This document shows, one piece after another, positions 21,236 through 31,898 of a DNA stretch of 64,000 nucleotides. The position numbers and the translations under genes are program-made. Below the pieces are notes generated by a model. That model saw only the letters and a list, made by a program, of their open reading frames with translations, was not told the origin of the DNA and did no database searches. The DNA comes from an uncultured delta proteobacterium (GTDB lineage Bacteria; Myxococcota; Myxococcia; Myxococcales; Anaeromyxobacteraceae), in assembly GCA_963828255.1 (NCBI GenBank), contig CAWHDZ010000019.1:1-64000 (forward strand), written 5' to 3'. Each line of letters opens with the position of its first letter. Position 1 is the stretch's first letter.

Positions 21236-22081
21236 ATGAGCCTCCAGGTGCTTCGCTTCGCCGCCCTCTTCTACGCCGGGGCGGTCACGGCCTACGTCCT
21301 CTACTTTGCGCGCCCCCGGCACCTGGTGCTGGCCACGGTGGGGCAGTGGCTCCTCGCCGCCGCGTTCCTGGTCCAGGCCGCCGCCATCGGCCTCGGGTGC
21401 AAGGAGTACGGCGGGGCCGAGTTCTTCGGCCTGCGGGGCGGGCTGGTGTTCATGACCTGGCTGGCCGCCGGAGCGTCGCTCGTCGTGCAGCGGCTCTACC
21501 GCATCCCGGCCGTCGGGGCGTTCGTCACCCCCCTCATCCTGGTGGTCCTTCTCCCCACGCTCTTCCTCGTGAGGAAGGACTTCCCCTCCGACCTGCCCCC
21601 GGAGGTGCTGCGCCCCATGGTCACGGTCCACATCGTGACGGCGCTGCTCGGCGTGGCCCTCTTCGCCATCGCGGCGCTGGTGGCGATCATGTACCTCCTC
21701 CAGGAGCGGGAGGTGAAGGGCAAGCGCTTCGGCGCGCTCTTCTCGCGCCTGCCGTCGCTCGCCGCCCTCGATCAGCTGAACCAGCGGCTCGTCCGCGTCG
21801 GCTTCGTGGTCTACACGGTGGCGCTGCTCACCGGATCGGGCATGGCCAAGGTGGTCTGGAAGAGCGCCTGGCAGTGGGATCCCCAGCAAGTGAGCTCCCT
21901 CGTCATCTGGATCCTCTACGCGGCCATGGTCCAGCTGCGCCACACCGGCTGGCACGGCCGCCGCTTCGCGCTCCTCACCGTCGCCGCCTTCGGGCTGGTG
22001 GTCGGGTCCATGATCACGCTGAACGTCCTGCCCGACGGGACCACCCGCCACGGCGGCGACTTCTCGGGTGCCCGCAAATGA
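21236..22081 (+). CDS. Cytochrome c assembly protein (CcsA/HemX family)
   Basis: Polytopic membrane protein with VHI, LPSL..LD, WQWDP motifs, directly upstream of hemA. Confidence 0.8.
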   Translation: MSLQVLRFAALFYAGAVTAYVLYFARPRHLVLATVGQWLLAAAFLVQAAAIGLGCKEYGGAEFFGLRGGLVFMTWLAAGASLVVQRLYRIPAVGAFVTPLILVVLLPTLFLVRKDFPSDLPPEVLRPMVTVHIVTALLGVALFAIAALVAIMYLLQEREVKGKRFGALFSRLPSLAALDQLNQRLVRVGFVVYTVALLTGSGMAKVVWKSAWQWDPQQVSSLVIWILYAAMVQLRHTGWHGRRFALLTVAAFGLVVGSMITLNVLPDGTTRHGGDFSGARK

Positions 22082-23403
22082 CCGGTGGCCGCAACCTCCA
22101 CCTGGTCGGGCTCTCCCACAAGAGCGCCCCGGTCGCCGTGCGCGAGAAGGTGGCGCTCTCCGGCGACGAGCTCAAGGAGGCGCTGGCCGGGCTGTCCGCG
22201 CGTCCGGGCGTCGGCGAGGTCATGGTGGTCTCCACCTGCAACCGGGTGGAGTGCTACGTCTACGGGGAGACGCTCGAGGAGGCCCGCCACTTCTTCCTGT
22301 CGCGCACCTGCGAGGCCAGCGGGCACCTCTACGAGCGCAGCGGCCGTGAGGCGATCCGCCACCTCTTCCGCGTGGCCTCGAGCCTCGACTCCATGGTTGT
22401 GGGGGAACCGCAGATCCTGGGGCAGGTGAAGGAGGCCTACGGACTGGCCGCGTCGGCCGAGACCGCCGGCGCCTACGTCTCCCGCCTCTGCAACCGCGCC
22501 TTCGCCACCGCCAAGCGGGTCCGCAGCGAGACCGAGATCGCCCGCGGCGCCGGCAGCGTCTCGCAGGTGGCGGTCGAGCTGGTCGAGAAGATCTTCGGGA
22601 ACCTCAAGAACCGGGCGGTGCTGCTGGTGGGGGCGGGCAAGATGGGCGCGCTCTCCGCCAAGGCGCTGCGCGATCTCGGCGCCGACCGCATCCTGGTCAC
22701 CAACCGCTCCCCGGAGCGGGCCCGCGCCCTGGCCGCCGAGATCGGCGGGGTGGCCGAGCCCTGGGACGGGCTCGTGAGCCTGCTCGCGCTCGCCGACGTG
22801 GTCATCGTCTCCACCGGCGCTCCCACCTACGTGATCACCCGGGAGCTGGCCTCCCAGGTCATGAAGGCCCGGCGCGGTCGCTCCGTCTGCTTCATCGACC
22901 TGGCGGTCCCCCGCAACGTGGACCCGGTCGTGGCGGAGCAGGACAACGTCTACTCCTACGACATCGACGACCTCCAGAAGGTGGTCGGCCAGACCCACGC
23001 CGCACGCGCCGAGGAGGCCATCCGCGCCGAGGCCATCGTGGAGGCCGAGGTGATGGCCTTCGCGCAGGAGCGGGAGACGCGCGCCGCGCTCCCGGTGCTC
23101 GCCGAGCTGCGCCGCCACGCCGAGCAGATCGCCCGCGCCGAGGCCGAGCGCACCCTCTCCCACCTGGGCGGGAAGCTCGACGAGAAGGGGCGCAAGAGCG
23201 TCGAGGCCATGGCCCAGGCCATCGTGAACAAGCTCCTCCACGGACCCACCGCGCGGCTCAAGGAGGCCGCGGCCTCCGGCGACAGCGACCTGCCCGGCGC
23301 CGCCGCCGAGCTGTTCGGCGTGGGAGAGGACGAGAAACCCCGCGCGCGAGGCCGTCCGGAGAGCGACTCCGGCGCCGCCGCCCACCCGGAGTCCCACCGA
23401 TGA
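22078..23403 (+). CDS. hemA: Glutamyl-tRNA reductase
   Basis: [51 protein letters not shown]. Confidence 0.95.
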   Translation: MTGGRNLHLVGLSHKSAPVAVREKVALSGDELKEALAGLSARPGVGEVMVVSTCNRVECYVYGETLEEARHFFLSRTCEASGHLYERSGREAIRHLFRVASSLDSMVVGEPQILGQVKEAYGLAASAETAGAYVSRLCNRAFATAKRVRSETEIARGAGSVSQVAVELVEKIFGNLKNRAVLLVGAGKMGALSAKALRDLGADRILVTNRSPERARALAAEIGGVAEPWDGLVSLLALADVVIVSTGAPTYVITRELASQVMKARRGRSVCFIDLAVPRNVDPVVAEQDNVYSYDIDDLQKVVGQTHAARAEEAIRAEAIVEAEVMAFAQERETRAALPVLAELRRHAEQIARAEAERTLSHLGGKLDEKGRKSVEAMAQAIVNKLLHGPTARLKEAAASGDSDLPGAAAELFGVGEDEKPRARGRPESDSGAAAHPESHR

Positions 23404-24338
23404 TCGTCCGAATCGCCACCCGCCGCAGCGCACTCGCCAAGTGGCAGGCGCACCACGTCTCCGCCCTCCTCACCGCGCGTGAACCCGGGCTGGAGGTCCA
23501 GCTGCTCGAGCTCATGACCCGCGGCGACCGCATCCTCGACGTCCCGCTGGCCGAGGTCGGGGGCAAGGGGCTCTTCGTCAAGGAGATCGAGGACGCCCTG
23601 CTGCGTGGCGACGCCCAGGTCGCCGTCCACTCCATGAAGGACCTGCCGGCGGCCGAGCCGCCCGGCCTCGTCATCGCCGCCGTCCCGCTCCGCGAGGACC
23701 CACGCGACGCGCTGGTCTCCCACGGCAAGAAGCTCTCCGAGCTCCCCCGCGGGGCCCGGGTCGGGACCGCCAGCCTGCGCCGCTCGGCCCAGCTCCAGGC
23801 CATGCGCCCCGATCTCCGGATCGAGACCATCCGCGGAAACGTGGCCACCCGGCTGCGCAAGATCGACGAGGGGTTCGACGCCGTGGTGCTGGCCCACGCC
23901 GGCCTGCGCCGGCTCGGCCTCACCGACAAGGTGGCGCAGGTCTTCTCCATCGACGAGATGCTCCCCGCCGTGGCCCAGGGGGCGCTGGCCATCGAGGCCC
24001 GGCAGGACGACGCCGAGACCATGCGGCGCCTGGCCCCCCTGGAGGACGCGGCCACGCGGATCCAGGTCGAGGCCGAGCGCGGGTTCCTGCGCAAGCTGCA
24101 GGGCGGGTGCCAGGTGCCCATCGCCGGCCACGCCGAGGTGAAGGGGAGCCTGGTCCGCCTGCGCGGGCTCGTCGCCAACCTCGACGGCACGGTGATCATC
24201 CGCGGGGAGCGGTCCGGCCCGGTGGCCGACGCCGCGCAGGTGGGGCTGGAGCTCGCCGAGGAGCTCCTGGCCCGCGGCGCCGGGGAGATCCTCGGGAGCA
24301 TCGAGAAGGGGCCGGGCCTGTCCGCCCCCAACCGGTGA
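23400..24338 (+). CDS. hemC: Hydroxymethylbilane synthase
   Basis: [38 protein letters not shown]. Confidence 0.96.
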   Translation: MIVRIATRRSALAKWQAHHVSALLTAREPGLEVQLLELMTRGDRILDVPLAEVGGKGLFVKEIEDALLRGDAQVAVHSMKDLPAAEPPGLVIAAVPLREDPRDALVSHGKKLSELPRGARVGTASLRRSAQLQAMRPDLRIETIRGNVATRLRKIDEGFDAVVLAHAGLRRLGLTDKVAQVFSIDEMLPAVAQGALAIEARQDDAETMRRLAPLEDAATRIQVEAERGFLRKLQGGCQVPIAGHAEVKGSLVRLRGLVANLDGTVIIRGERSGPVADAAQVGLELAEELLARGAGEILGSIEKGPGLSAPNR

Positions 24339-25120
24339 GCGAGGCCGCGCCCAGGCTCGATGGCCGCCGGGTGGCGGTCACCCGCGGTGCGGGCGGGGAC
24401 GATCCGCTGACGCTGCGGCTGCGCGAGCTCGGCGCCCAGGTGATCCACGTCCCGTCCATCGCCGTCGGGCCCCCCGAGTCCTGGGACGAGTTCGACGCCG
24501 CCCTGCACGACCTCGAGCAGTACGACTGGATCGCCTTCGCCAGCGCCACCGCGGTCGAGGCCACCCTCTCGCGCATCGTCGTGCTGGGACTGCCCCCGCC
24601 ACCGGTGGGAACGCGCCTCGCCGCCGTCGGGAAGGCCACCGCCCAGCACCTCCACGACCGGCTGCGCGAGCCCGACCTTGTCCCGGAGCAGGCCACCGGC
24701 GCGGCGCTGGCCGAGGCCATGGCCCCCTTCGTGCGCGGGCGGCGCGTGTTCCTTCCCCGGGCCGCCGAGGGGCGCCCGGAGCTCGCCGAGGGGCTCACGG
24801 CCGCGGGCGCCGACGTGGTCGCGGCCACCTGCTACCGCACGGTGGCGGCCCCGGCCTACGCGGTGGCGCCGCTGGCCGAGGCCATCCTGGGTGGACGAGT
24901 CGACGCGGTGACCTTCGCCTCTCCCTCGGCCGTGAAGAGCGTGGTCGCGGCGCTGGGGCCCCGGGCGGCGCTCCTCGAGCACTGCGTGCTCGCGGCCATC
25001 GGGCCGACCACCGCGGCGGCGCTCCAGGAGTGCGGGCTGCGGGTCGCGGTGACGCCGGAGATCTCGACCGCGCCGGCCCTGGCCGACGCCGTGGCGCGCC
25101 ACCTCGGTCCCAGGATCTAG
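24335..25120 (+). CDS. hemD: Uroporphyrinogen-III synthase
   Basis: VAVTR, WIAFASATAV, AVGKATA, VTFASPSAV, AIGPTTA; follows hemC. Confidence 0.88.
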   Translation: MSEAAPRLDGRRVAVTRGAGGDDPLTLRLRELGAQVIHVPSIAVGPPESWDEFDAALHDLEQYDWIAFASATAVEATLSRIVVLGLPPPPVGTRLAAVGKATAQHLHDRLREPDLVPEQATGAALAEAMAPFVRGRRVFLPRAAEGRPELAEGLTAAGADVVAATCYRTVAAPAYAVAPLAEAILGGRVDAVTFASPSAVKSVVAALGPRAALLEHCVLAAIGPTTAAALQECGLRVAVTPEISTAPALADAVARHLGPRI

Positions 25121-26436
25121 GCCGGCTTCTTCTTCCGCGCCTCGCGCCGGGCCCGCTTGGCCGCCAGGAAGCCGGTGCGGCGCCGCTCCTCGACCTTCTC
25201 CTTCTGCGTGGGCACGGGGCGCGCCACCGGGGGGGCCTTCCGCTCCGGTTCGCGCTTCGCCCCGGGCTGGAGGGTCCACCAGAAGAGCCGCTTCACCACC
25301 AGCGTGGCGTAGGCGCCGGGGGGGAGGGTGAAGGCCAGGTTCACCCGCAGGCGACCCCGGTTCAGCTCGTCCTTGCGTGCCTCGCCCACCACCAGCTTCC
25401 CGGGGTGGACCAGGAGCGGCCGTTCCTCGTGGTCGAAGTGGATCTGCGGGGCGTCCTTCACGCGCAGGTCGGCGAGCGTCTGGCCCTCCCGCTCCAGCAC
25501 CGAGAGGGCCGCCCGCTCCATGCGGGGGTCCTCGAACTTCGAGCCGGGGGCGAGGAGCGGGAAGGTGCGGCCGCGCAGCTCGTGGGCCAGCTCCCTGTCG
25601 AGCTCCCGAGGGAAGAGCAGCGTCCCGGCCTGGTAGCGGATGGAGACCAGGCGGGCCACGCCCACCACCTCGCGCAGGTAGGCCTTCACCCCCTCGTTCC
25701 AGAGCCAGCTCTGGTAGGCGAAGACTTGAAGACCGCGCCAGCGCGGCTCGGTGCGCAGGAAGGCGCCCAGGAAGTCCTCGGGGTGCTTGCGGAGGTAGCG
25801 CAGCACCATGTCGTAGCGCTCGGCGCCGGGGTGGGGGTTGTGCAGGTCCCACTTGCCCCAGTTCTCCTTCCAGAACTGCTTCACCTTGGCGTCGGTGGTG
25901 CGGTCCAGCTCGCTGGGGCGCGCCAGGAAGTTCTTGAGCGCCATCTCGTGCTCGCCCCGCATCAGGTCCTTCACCAGGAATCCCTGGCCGTGCTTCAGGG
26001 AGCCGAAGCGCTGGGAGTCGAAGTAGTCGATCACCCCGATGCGCCGCACCTCCGCCATGGAGGCGGTGAGCCGGGCCACGTCGTCCTCGGAGAGGTCGCG
26101 GACGGTGACGGCGAAGCGGTTCGAGGTGGTGTTGGCGGCGGAGAGCGCCTCGGCGGTCCGCCCCAGGAGCTTGAGCCGGAGGTCCGGTTCCTGGAGGTCC
26201 ACCTGGGTGCCGCGCACGGCCACGAGCTGCGTGGTCCGCCCCTGCTTGTCCTTCAACCCGCAGTAGCTCACGTCGGCCGACTGGACCCGGGCCGCCGCGC
26301 GCAGCCGCTCCACCGCCTCGAAGGTGGAGAGCTTCTGCTTGTCCATGAGGTAGACGAACCACTGGCCGCGCGGGTCGGGGTCGAACCGCCACGACTCGGT
26401 GACGGAGAAATCCTCGGGGAGCTGCTTGAGCTTCAT
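25117..26436 (-). CDS. truD: tRNA pseudouridine(13) synthase TruD
   Basis: KQLPEDFSVTE, GLKDKQGRTTQ, NRFAVTVR, YFDSQRFG, AYQSWLWN, FTLPPGAYAT. Confidence 0.9.
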   Translation of the reverse strand: MKLKQLPEDFSVTESWRFDPDPRGQWFVYLMDKQKLSTFEAVERLRAAARVQSADVSYCGLKDKQGRTTQLVAVRGTQVDLQEPDLRLKLLGRTAEALSAANTTSNRFAVTVRDLSEDDVARLTASMAEVRRIGVIDYFDSQRFGSLKHGQGFLVKDLMRGEHEMALKNFLARPSELDRTTDAKVKQFWKENWGKWDLHNPHPGAERYDMVLRYLRKHPEDFLGAFLRTEPRWRGLQVFAYQSWLWNEGVKAYLREVVGVARLVSIRYQAGTLLFPRELDRELAHELRGRTFPLLAPGSKFEDPRMERAALSVLEREGQTLADLRVKDAPQIHFDHEERPLLVHPGKLVVGEARKDELNRGRLRVNLAFTLPPGAYATLVVKRLFWWTLQPGAKREPERKAPPVARPVPTQKEKVEERRRTGFLAAKRARREARKKKPA

Positions 26437-26618
26437 GGCTTCCGGTAGAAGAGGACGATGGTCAGGCAGTGGAACTCGTTGTCGCTGGACTGCGAGACCA
26501 CGCGATCCACGATCTCCAGATCCGCGTTGGCCTGGAGCCACCGTGTGATGGACTCCCCCAGTTCCTCGCGCTCCTTGGCCTTGGTGGCCGAGAAGACCTT
26601 CACACCGGTGAACCGCAT
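26433..26618 (-). CDS. Small hypothetical protein (61 aa) coupled to truD
   Basis: MRFTGVKVFSATKAKEREELGESITRWL...SQSSDNEFHCLTIVLFY; stop overlaps the truD ATG. Confidence 0.7.
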   Translation of the reverse strand: MRFTGVKVFSATKAKEREELGESITRWLQANADLEIVDRVVSQSSDNEFHCLTIVLFYRKP

Positions 26619-26789
26619 CGCGCGCACCTCGCTCACGCCGCACCCACGTCCAGCGCGTGACCCACTCCCTCGATATCTTTGCCTCACCCGAAGGCGGGTG
26701 TCAAACCACCAATACCGCCAACCCGCCGATATCGCGGTCGATTTCGCCTCGTTGAACCGCCCGGGATCCGCGTGGTATTCCCGGCACCC

Positions 26790-27560
26790 ATGCTCATCGA
26801 CCTGCACGTCCACAGCCGGCACACGCCGGGCTGTTCCCTCTCGCCCCTGGAGGTGGTCCGCCGGGCCCGGGAGGCGGGGCTCGACGGCGTGGTCTTCACC
26901 GACATGAACACCATGGACGGGCTCGCCGAGATCCGCGAGGCGGGAAAGGCCGAGGGATTCCTGGCCCTCTGCGGCGTGGAGATCGCCACCGACCGTGGCC
27001 ACTACCTTGCCTTCTTCCCCGACCCGGAGAGGGCCCCCGCACCCCCTCAGATTTTCGGGACGCCCCCCTGGCCGGTCCATGAGGTCATCGCCAAGGTCAC
27101 CTCGTTGGGGGGAGCCGTGGTGGCCGCCCACCCGTACGACCGGTCGATCGAGCGCCCGGGAGGGGACGTGGTCTTCAGCCTGGAGGGGCTCTCGGCCGTC
27201 GAGGGGCTCGACGCGCGGCGCAAGGCGGCCGTGAACGACCTGGCCGTCGAGGCGGCCGATCACATGGGGCTGCCCTGCGTGGGAGGGTCCGGCGCGAAGG
27301 AGTCGCTCGCCGAGATCGGAAAGGCTGCCACGCTCTTCCGCGACCCTGTGCGGAGCGAGGCCGACCTCGTGGCCCAGCTCAAGGCCGGGACCGTCTTCAG
27401 CGTGGCCATGGGCGTGACGCCCGGGCCGCCCGAGGTGCGGTCGCCCCGCGGACCAGGCGACCGGCGCGCCGATCGGGGCGGGGACCGCGGAGGAGACCGG
27501 GGCGGAAGGGATCGCGGGCGGGGCCGCGGCGACTCCCGCGGACCGAGGCGGGACCGGTAG
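26790..27560 (+). CDS. PHP-domain protein with Arg/Gly/Asp-rich tail
   Basis: IDLHVHS, GLDGVVFTD, GVEI, AAHPY; C-terminal DRGG repeats. Confidence 0.8.
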   Translation: MLIDLHVHSRHTPGCSLSPLEVVRRAREAGLDGVVFTDMNTMDGLAEIREAGKAEGFLALCGVEIATDRGHYLAFFPDPERAPAPPQIFGTPPWPVHEVIAKVTSLGGAVVAAHPYDRSIERPGGDVVFSLEGLSAVEGLDARRKAAVNDLAVEAADHMGLPCVGGSGAKESLAEIGKAATLFRDPVRSEADLVAQLKAGTVFSVAMGVTPGPPEVRSPRGPGDRRADRGGDRGGDRGGRDRGRGRGDSRGPRRDR

Positions 27561-27567
27561 CCCTAGC

Positions 27568-28281
27568 TCAGTTGCCCTTCGGCTTTCCCTTCCCGGAGTC
27601 GAGCCGGACCAGCCGGTCGTCCTGGAAGACGGCCTTGCGGGTGCTGTTGGTCCAGTGCCACTCCTCGGTCCGGGCCGGCCTGTCCATCACGATGCGGTCG
27701 GGGTAGCCCCAGGCCATGGCCACGGCCTCCCGGGTCATCCCCTCCACGAGCGCCTTCTCCCGGATGGCATCCCGGACCGACTCCGGGAGCGCTGCGTAGA
27801 TCGCGGTCGGGTCGTCCGGGGTGAGCACCCGCCCGACCTCGGCGAGGACGTCGGCGGCGCTGGTGCTCTCGGTGGCGAGGACGAGAACCGCCGGTTTCGC
27901 AACCCCCTCCACCGTGGCGAGCAGCCAGGGGTTGTAGCGCGGCGTGGTGATGGGTCGGCTCCAGGCGATGGTCCCGGTGGGGAACTGGACCCCGTCCACG
28001 AAGACGGGCGTGCCCGGCGAAAGGATGCGCGTCGCCGGGGGCGGCGTGATGGGGGTGCCGTCGGGAGACTCGAGGACCTGGAGCTCCCCGACGGGCCGGT
28101 CGGAGAGGAGCACCCGCGAGCCGTCCCCGAAGAATGGGGCCACGTACACGGCGACCCGGAGGTAGCGGGGCTGGCGGGCCAGCGAGCGGACCACCGACTC
28201 GCGACCCTCCGGGGGCAACTGGGAGGGGGGCACGCAGGCCGGGAGCAGGGCGAGTGCGGCGACGACGGCGAGACGGCGCAT
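27568..28281 (-). CDS. Putative lipoprotein
   Basis: Lipobox LPAC; C-terminal GMTREAVAMAWGYP...EEWHW resembles SmpA/BamE-like domains. Confidence 0.65.
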   Translation of the reverse strand: MRRLAVVAALALLPACVPPSQLPPEGRESVVRSLARQPRYLRVAVYVAPFFGDGSRVLLSDRPVGELQVLESPDGTPITPPPATRILSPGTPVFVDGVQFPTGTIAWSRPITTPRYNPWLLATVEGVAKPAVLVLATESTSAADVLAEVGRVLTPDDPTAIYAALPESVRDAIREKALVEGMTREAVAMAWGYPDRIVMDRPARTEEWHWTNSTRKAVFQDDRLVRLDSGKGKPKGN

Positions 28282-28328
28282 GTGCCATCTCTACCCCATC
28301 GGGTCCGCGCCGGCACTAGACTCATCCC

Positions 28329-30110
28329 ATGGTGGATCTCACCCAGAACGGGCTTCAGGTACTGGAGCGGCGTTACCTCCTCCGCGACGACTCCGGCCGG
28401 CCGGTCGAGACCCCGGCCGCCATGTTCCGCCGGGTTGCGTCCGGGGTGGCCCAGGCCGAGGCGCCCGCCGACCGGGAAGGCTGGGCGGAGCGGTTCGAGC
28501 GCCGCATGTCGGCGCTGGAGTTCCTCCCCAACTCGCCGACCCTCATGAACGCCGGGCGCCCGCACGGTCAGCTGGCGGCCTGCTTCGTCCTCCCGATCGG
28601 CGACGACCTCGAGCAGATCTTCGACGCGCTCAAGTGGGCGGCCCTCATCCACCAGTCGGGCGGCGGCACCGGCTTCTCCTTCTCCCGGCTGCGCCCCCGC
28701 GGCGACCTGGTGCGCACCACCCACGGCGTGGCCAGCGGCCCGGTCTCCTTCATCCGGGTCTTCGACGCGGCCACCGAGACCATCAAGCAGGGAGGGGTCC
28801 GGCGCGGCGCCAACATGGCGGTGCTGCGCGTGGACCACCCCGACATCCTCGACTTCGTCGACGCCAAGCGGGGCCCGGGGCTCGGCAACTTCAACGTGTC
28901 GGTGGCGGTCACCGACGCCTTCATGGACGCGGTCGGGGCGGGGCGCAGCTTCAAGCTCCTCCACCCGCGCACGGGAGCGGTGGTCCGGGAGGTGCCGGCG
29001 CGCGACCTCTTCCGGCGCATCGCCGAGGACGCCTGGGGCTCCGGGGAGCCGGGGCTCCTCTTCCTCGACCGGGTGAACGCGGCCAACCCCACGCCCGACC
29101 TGGGCGCGATCGAGAGCGTGAACCCCTGCGGCGAGCAGCCGCTCCTGCCCTTCGAGGCCTGCACGCTGGGCTCGGTGAACCTGGCCGGGATGGAGCGGGG
29201 CGGCGAGGTGGACCGGGATCGGCTCTCGGCCACGGTGCGCGACGGGGTGCGGTTCCTCGACGACGTGCTCGACGTGAACGTATGGCCGCTCCCGCAAGTG
29301 GCCGAGATCTCCCGCCGCAACCGCAAGATCGGCCTCGGGGTGATGGGGTGGGCCGACCTGCTCGTCCGGCTCGGCGTGGCCTACGACGAGCCCCGGGCCC
29401 TCGAGCTCGCCGAGGAGGTCATGTCCTTCGTGCAGCGCGAGGCCCGCGCCGAGAGCGAGCGGCTGGCCGGGGTGCGCGGCCCGTTCCCGGGGTGGAAGAC
29501 GAGCGCGCCCGCCTCCCGCGGGGAGCCCCCACGGCGCAACGCCACCGTCACCACCATCGCGCCGACCGGTACACTCTCCGTCATCGCCGGATGCTCGTCG
29601 GGCATCGAGCCCCTCTTCGCGGTGGCCTACGTGCGCCACGCCCTCGACGGCGTGGATCTCCGCGAGGAGCACCCGCTGCTGGCCGGGCGGCTCACCGGTC
29701 CGGGGAGGGAGGCCGCGCTCGCCGCGGTCCGCGCCGCCGGGAGGGCCCGCGGGGTCCCGGGCGTGCCGGCCGACGTGGAGCGGCTCTTCGCCACGGCCCA
29801 CGACGTCTCGCCGGAGGCCCACGTCCGCATGCAGGCGGCCTTCCAGCGCCACGTGGACAACGGGGTCTCGAAGACCATCAACCTGCCGGCCGCCGCGCCG
29901 GTGGAGGCGGTGGAGCGAGCCTTCCGGCTGGCCCACGAGCTGGGCTTGAAGGGAATCACCGTCTACCGGGACGGAAGCCGGGAGGGGCAGGTGCTCACCA
30001 CCGGCCTGCCCGGGACCGAGTGCCCGGCCTGCGGCGCCACCCTGGCACGCAGCGGCGGCTGCATGACCTGCCGCTCCTGTGGCTACGGGACCTGCGAGAC
30101 GACGGAGTAG
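28329..30110 (+). CDS. nrdJ: Adenosylcobalamin-dependent (class II) ribonucleotide reductase with C-terminal Zn ribbon
   Basis: PNSPTLMNAG, LAACFV, GGGTG, RRGANM, NPCGEQPL, CTLGSVNL, TIAPTGT, SKTINLP, KGITVYRDGS; ends CPACG...GGCMTCRSCG. Confidence 0.9.
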   Translation: MVDLTQNGLQVLERRYLLRDDSGRPVETPAAMFRRVASGVAQAEAPADREGWAERFERRMSALEFLPNSPTLMNAGRPHGQLAACFVLPIGDDLEQIFDALKWAALIHQSGGGTGFSFSRLRPRGDLVRTTHGVASGPVSFIRVFDAATETIKQGGVRRGANMAVLRVDHPDILDFVDAKRGPGLGNFNVSVAVTDAFMDAVGAGRSFKLLHPRTGAVVREVPARDLFRRIAEDAWGSGEPGLLFLDRVNAANPTPDLGAIESVNPCGEQPLLPFEACTLGSVNLAGMERGGEVDRDRLSATVRDGVRFLDDVLDVNVWPLPQVAEISRRNRKIGLGVMGWADLLVRLGVAYDEPRALELAEEVMSFVQREARAESERLAGVRGPFPGWKTSAPASRGEPPRRNATVTTIAPTGTLSVIAGCSSGIEPLFAVAYVRHALDGVDLREEHPLLAGRLTGPGREAALAAVRAAGRARGVPGVPADVERLFATAHDVSPEAHVRMQAAFQRHVDNGVSKTINLPAAAPVEAVERAFRLAHELGLKGITVYRDGSREGQVLTTGLPGTECPACGATLARSGGCMTCRSCGYGTCETTE

Positions 30111-30113
30111 CGC

Positions 30114-31796
30114 GTGGGCGCCGATCTCCAGAAGCCCGAGGCCGGAGCGGCCACCCCTGGCCCCTGGGCCTTCGCGCTGGCCTTCGCAGTCGCCGTGGGG
30201 GCCTACACCTTCGGTCTCGACTCCATCAACGCCCCGACCATCGGCGACGAGCCCCTCTACATCCAGATCACCCGGGTCACGGCCGCGTCGGGGCGCTGGC
30301 TTCCCCTCCTGTCGGAATCGGGCATCACCGACACCAAGCCCCCGCTCCTCTTCTGGCAGGGCATCCTCTCCACCCGGTGGGGAGCGGACTGGGATCTCTG
30401 GCACCTCCGGCTCCCGGTCGTGGCGACGAGCCTCCTCACCGCGCTGGTCGCGGGACTCCTGGCCGCCCGGATCGGGGGGAGGGCGGCCGGGCTCCGCGCC
30501 GGGCTCGTCTTCCTCGGATTCCTGTCCACCATCCAGCACGGGCGCCCGTTTCTCACCAACGCGGGGGAGACGCTGTTCCTCTTCCTCCCGCTCCTGCTCG
30601 TGCACGGAAGGGAGCGGACCGGCTTCCTCCTCGCGCTGGCCTGCGGCCTCTCCCTCGGCGTGGCCGGCCTCTTCAAGGCCTTCTTCCTGGTGGTCCCCGG
30701 AGCCTTCGGGCTGGCCCTCGTCCTCCTGCACCGGGACGGGTGGGAACTGCGACCCTTCCTGCGGCGCCGCCTCGCCTTCCTCGCCGTGGCCTCGATCGTC
30801 GGGCTGGCCTCGTTCGGCCTTTGGCCCCTGCTCGACCCGCGTCCGGACGAGGTCTGGTCGCAGTTCGTGCTCGCGGAGAGCGCCCGCAAGCTCAAGTTCT
30901 CCACCTTCGTCTCCGGCCTCTTCTCGGGGGAGGAGGCCCTCTGGCAGATCTGGCTCGGCGATCTCAAGAACGCCGGCATCTACCTCTTGCTCCTGCTCGC
31001 CCTGCTCCGCGACCTGTGGCGCAGGAGGCGCGCGCTCACCGCCGACGAGCGGGAGCTCTGGCTCTACGTCCTCGCGTTCCTCGTCGTCTACACCTTCCCC
31101 ACCCAGCGGCAGCCCAACTACCTGCTTCCGACGATGGCGGCGCTGGCGGTGCTCCTCGCCCTGCGCTGGGACGACCTTCCCCCCCTGGCCTTCCGGGCGA
31201 CGCTCCTCTTGCTCGCCGTGGCCGGGCTCGGCCTCCCGGCCTTCGAGTGGCTCATCGCCCGGAGGCTGGGGGCGTCGCCGTTCGGAGCGACCGCCGTCGT
31301 GCTGCCGGTGGCGCTCGGGTTGCTGGCCGTCGCGGGCATCCGCTGGCCCCGGTTCGGCCGGGAGGCCCTGCCGTACCTCGCCCTGATCGCGCTCGCGGCC
31401 GGGAGCGCCGTGGTCACGCCCTTCGCGCGCCCCTTCCCGCCCACCGCCATCGCCGAGGTGCGTGGCCGGCCGGTGCTCGTGCCCGACCGCTTCCTCCAGA
31501 CCCAGGAGCGGTATCGCTTCCTCCTGCCCGGCGCGGACGTTCGTGGTTATCCCTGCCCGGGTGGCCCGGTGCGCTGCCCGCCTCCCGACCCGGGAGCCGG
31601 CACGCACGCGGCGCTCTACCTCGACGCCGGCGAGCCGACCCCGCCGGGCTGGGAGGTGGTGGCGGAGCGGCCCCACTTCAAGGGGCGGCACACCACGGCC
31701 CAAATCCTGGAGATCATCGGCGGCCGCACCGAGCTGCTCGTCGAGCGGCTGGTGCTGGCGCGGCCGGCCAGGGCGCCGCTGCAGAAGGCGGACTAG
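30114..31796 (+). CDS. ArnT/PMT-like (GT-C) membrane glycosyltransferase
   Basis: GDEPLY, TKPPLLFW, LRLP motifs and many TM segments. Confidence 0.75.
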   Translation: MGADLQKPEAGAATPGPWAFALAFAVAVGAYTFGLDSINAPTIGDEPLYIQITRVTAASGRWLPLLSESGITDTKPPLLFWQGILSTRWGADWDLWHLRLPVVATSLLTALVAGLLAARIGGRAAGLRAGLVFLGFLSTIQHGRPFLTNAGETLFLFLPLLLVHGRERTGFLLALACGLSLGVAGLFKAFFLVVPGAFGLALVLLHRDGWELRPFLRRRLAFLAVASIVGLASFGLWPLLDPRPDEVWSQFVLAESARKLKFSTFVSGLFSGEEALWQIWLGDLKNAGIYLLLLLALLRDLWRRRRALTADERELWLYVLAFLVVYTFPTQRQPNYLLPTMAALAVLLALRWDDLPPLAFRATLLLLAVAGLGLPAFEWLIARRLGASPFGATAVVLPVALGLLAVAGIRWPRFGREALPYLALIALAAGSAVVTPFARPFPPTAIAEVRGRPVLVPDRFLQTQERYRFLLPGADVRGYPCPGGPVRCPPPDPGAGTHAALYLDAGEPTPPGWEVVAERPHFKGRHTTAQILEIIGGRTELLVERLVLARPARAPLQKAD

Positions 31797-31898
31797 CCGG
31801 GGTCACGACCCGGCCGGGTAGGGATGGAGGCCGCGGCCCACCGGGTCCCCTTGCCAGCCCTTCGGCGCGAGCCCACCATCGTCCAAGAGGGGTCCGCC

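Noticed and set aside
21236..25120. ccsA-hemA-hemC-hemD cluster as a novel system
   Set aside because: A familiar heme biosynthesis arrangement.
28282..28328. Cobalamin riboswitch or NrdR box upstream of nrdJ
   Set aside because: Only 47 bp of intergenic space and no matching consensus seen.
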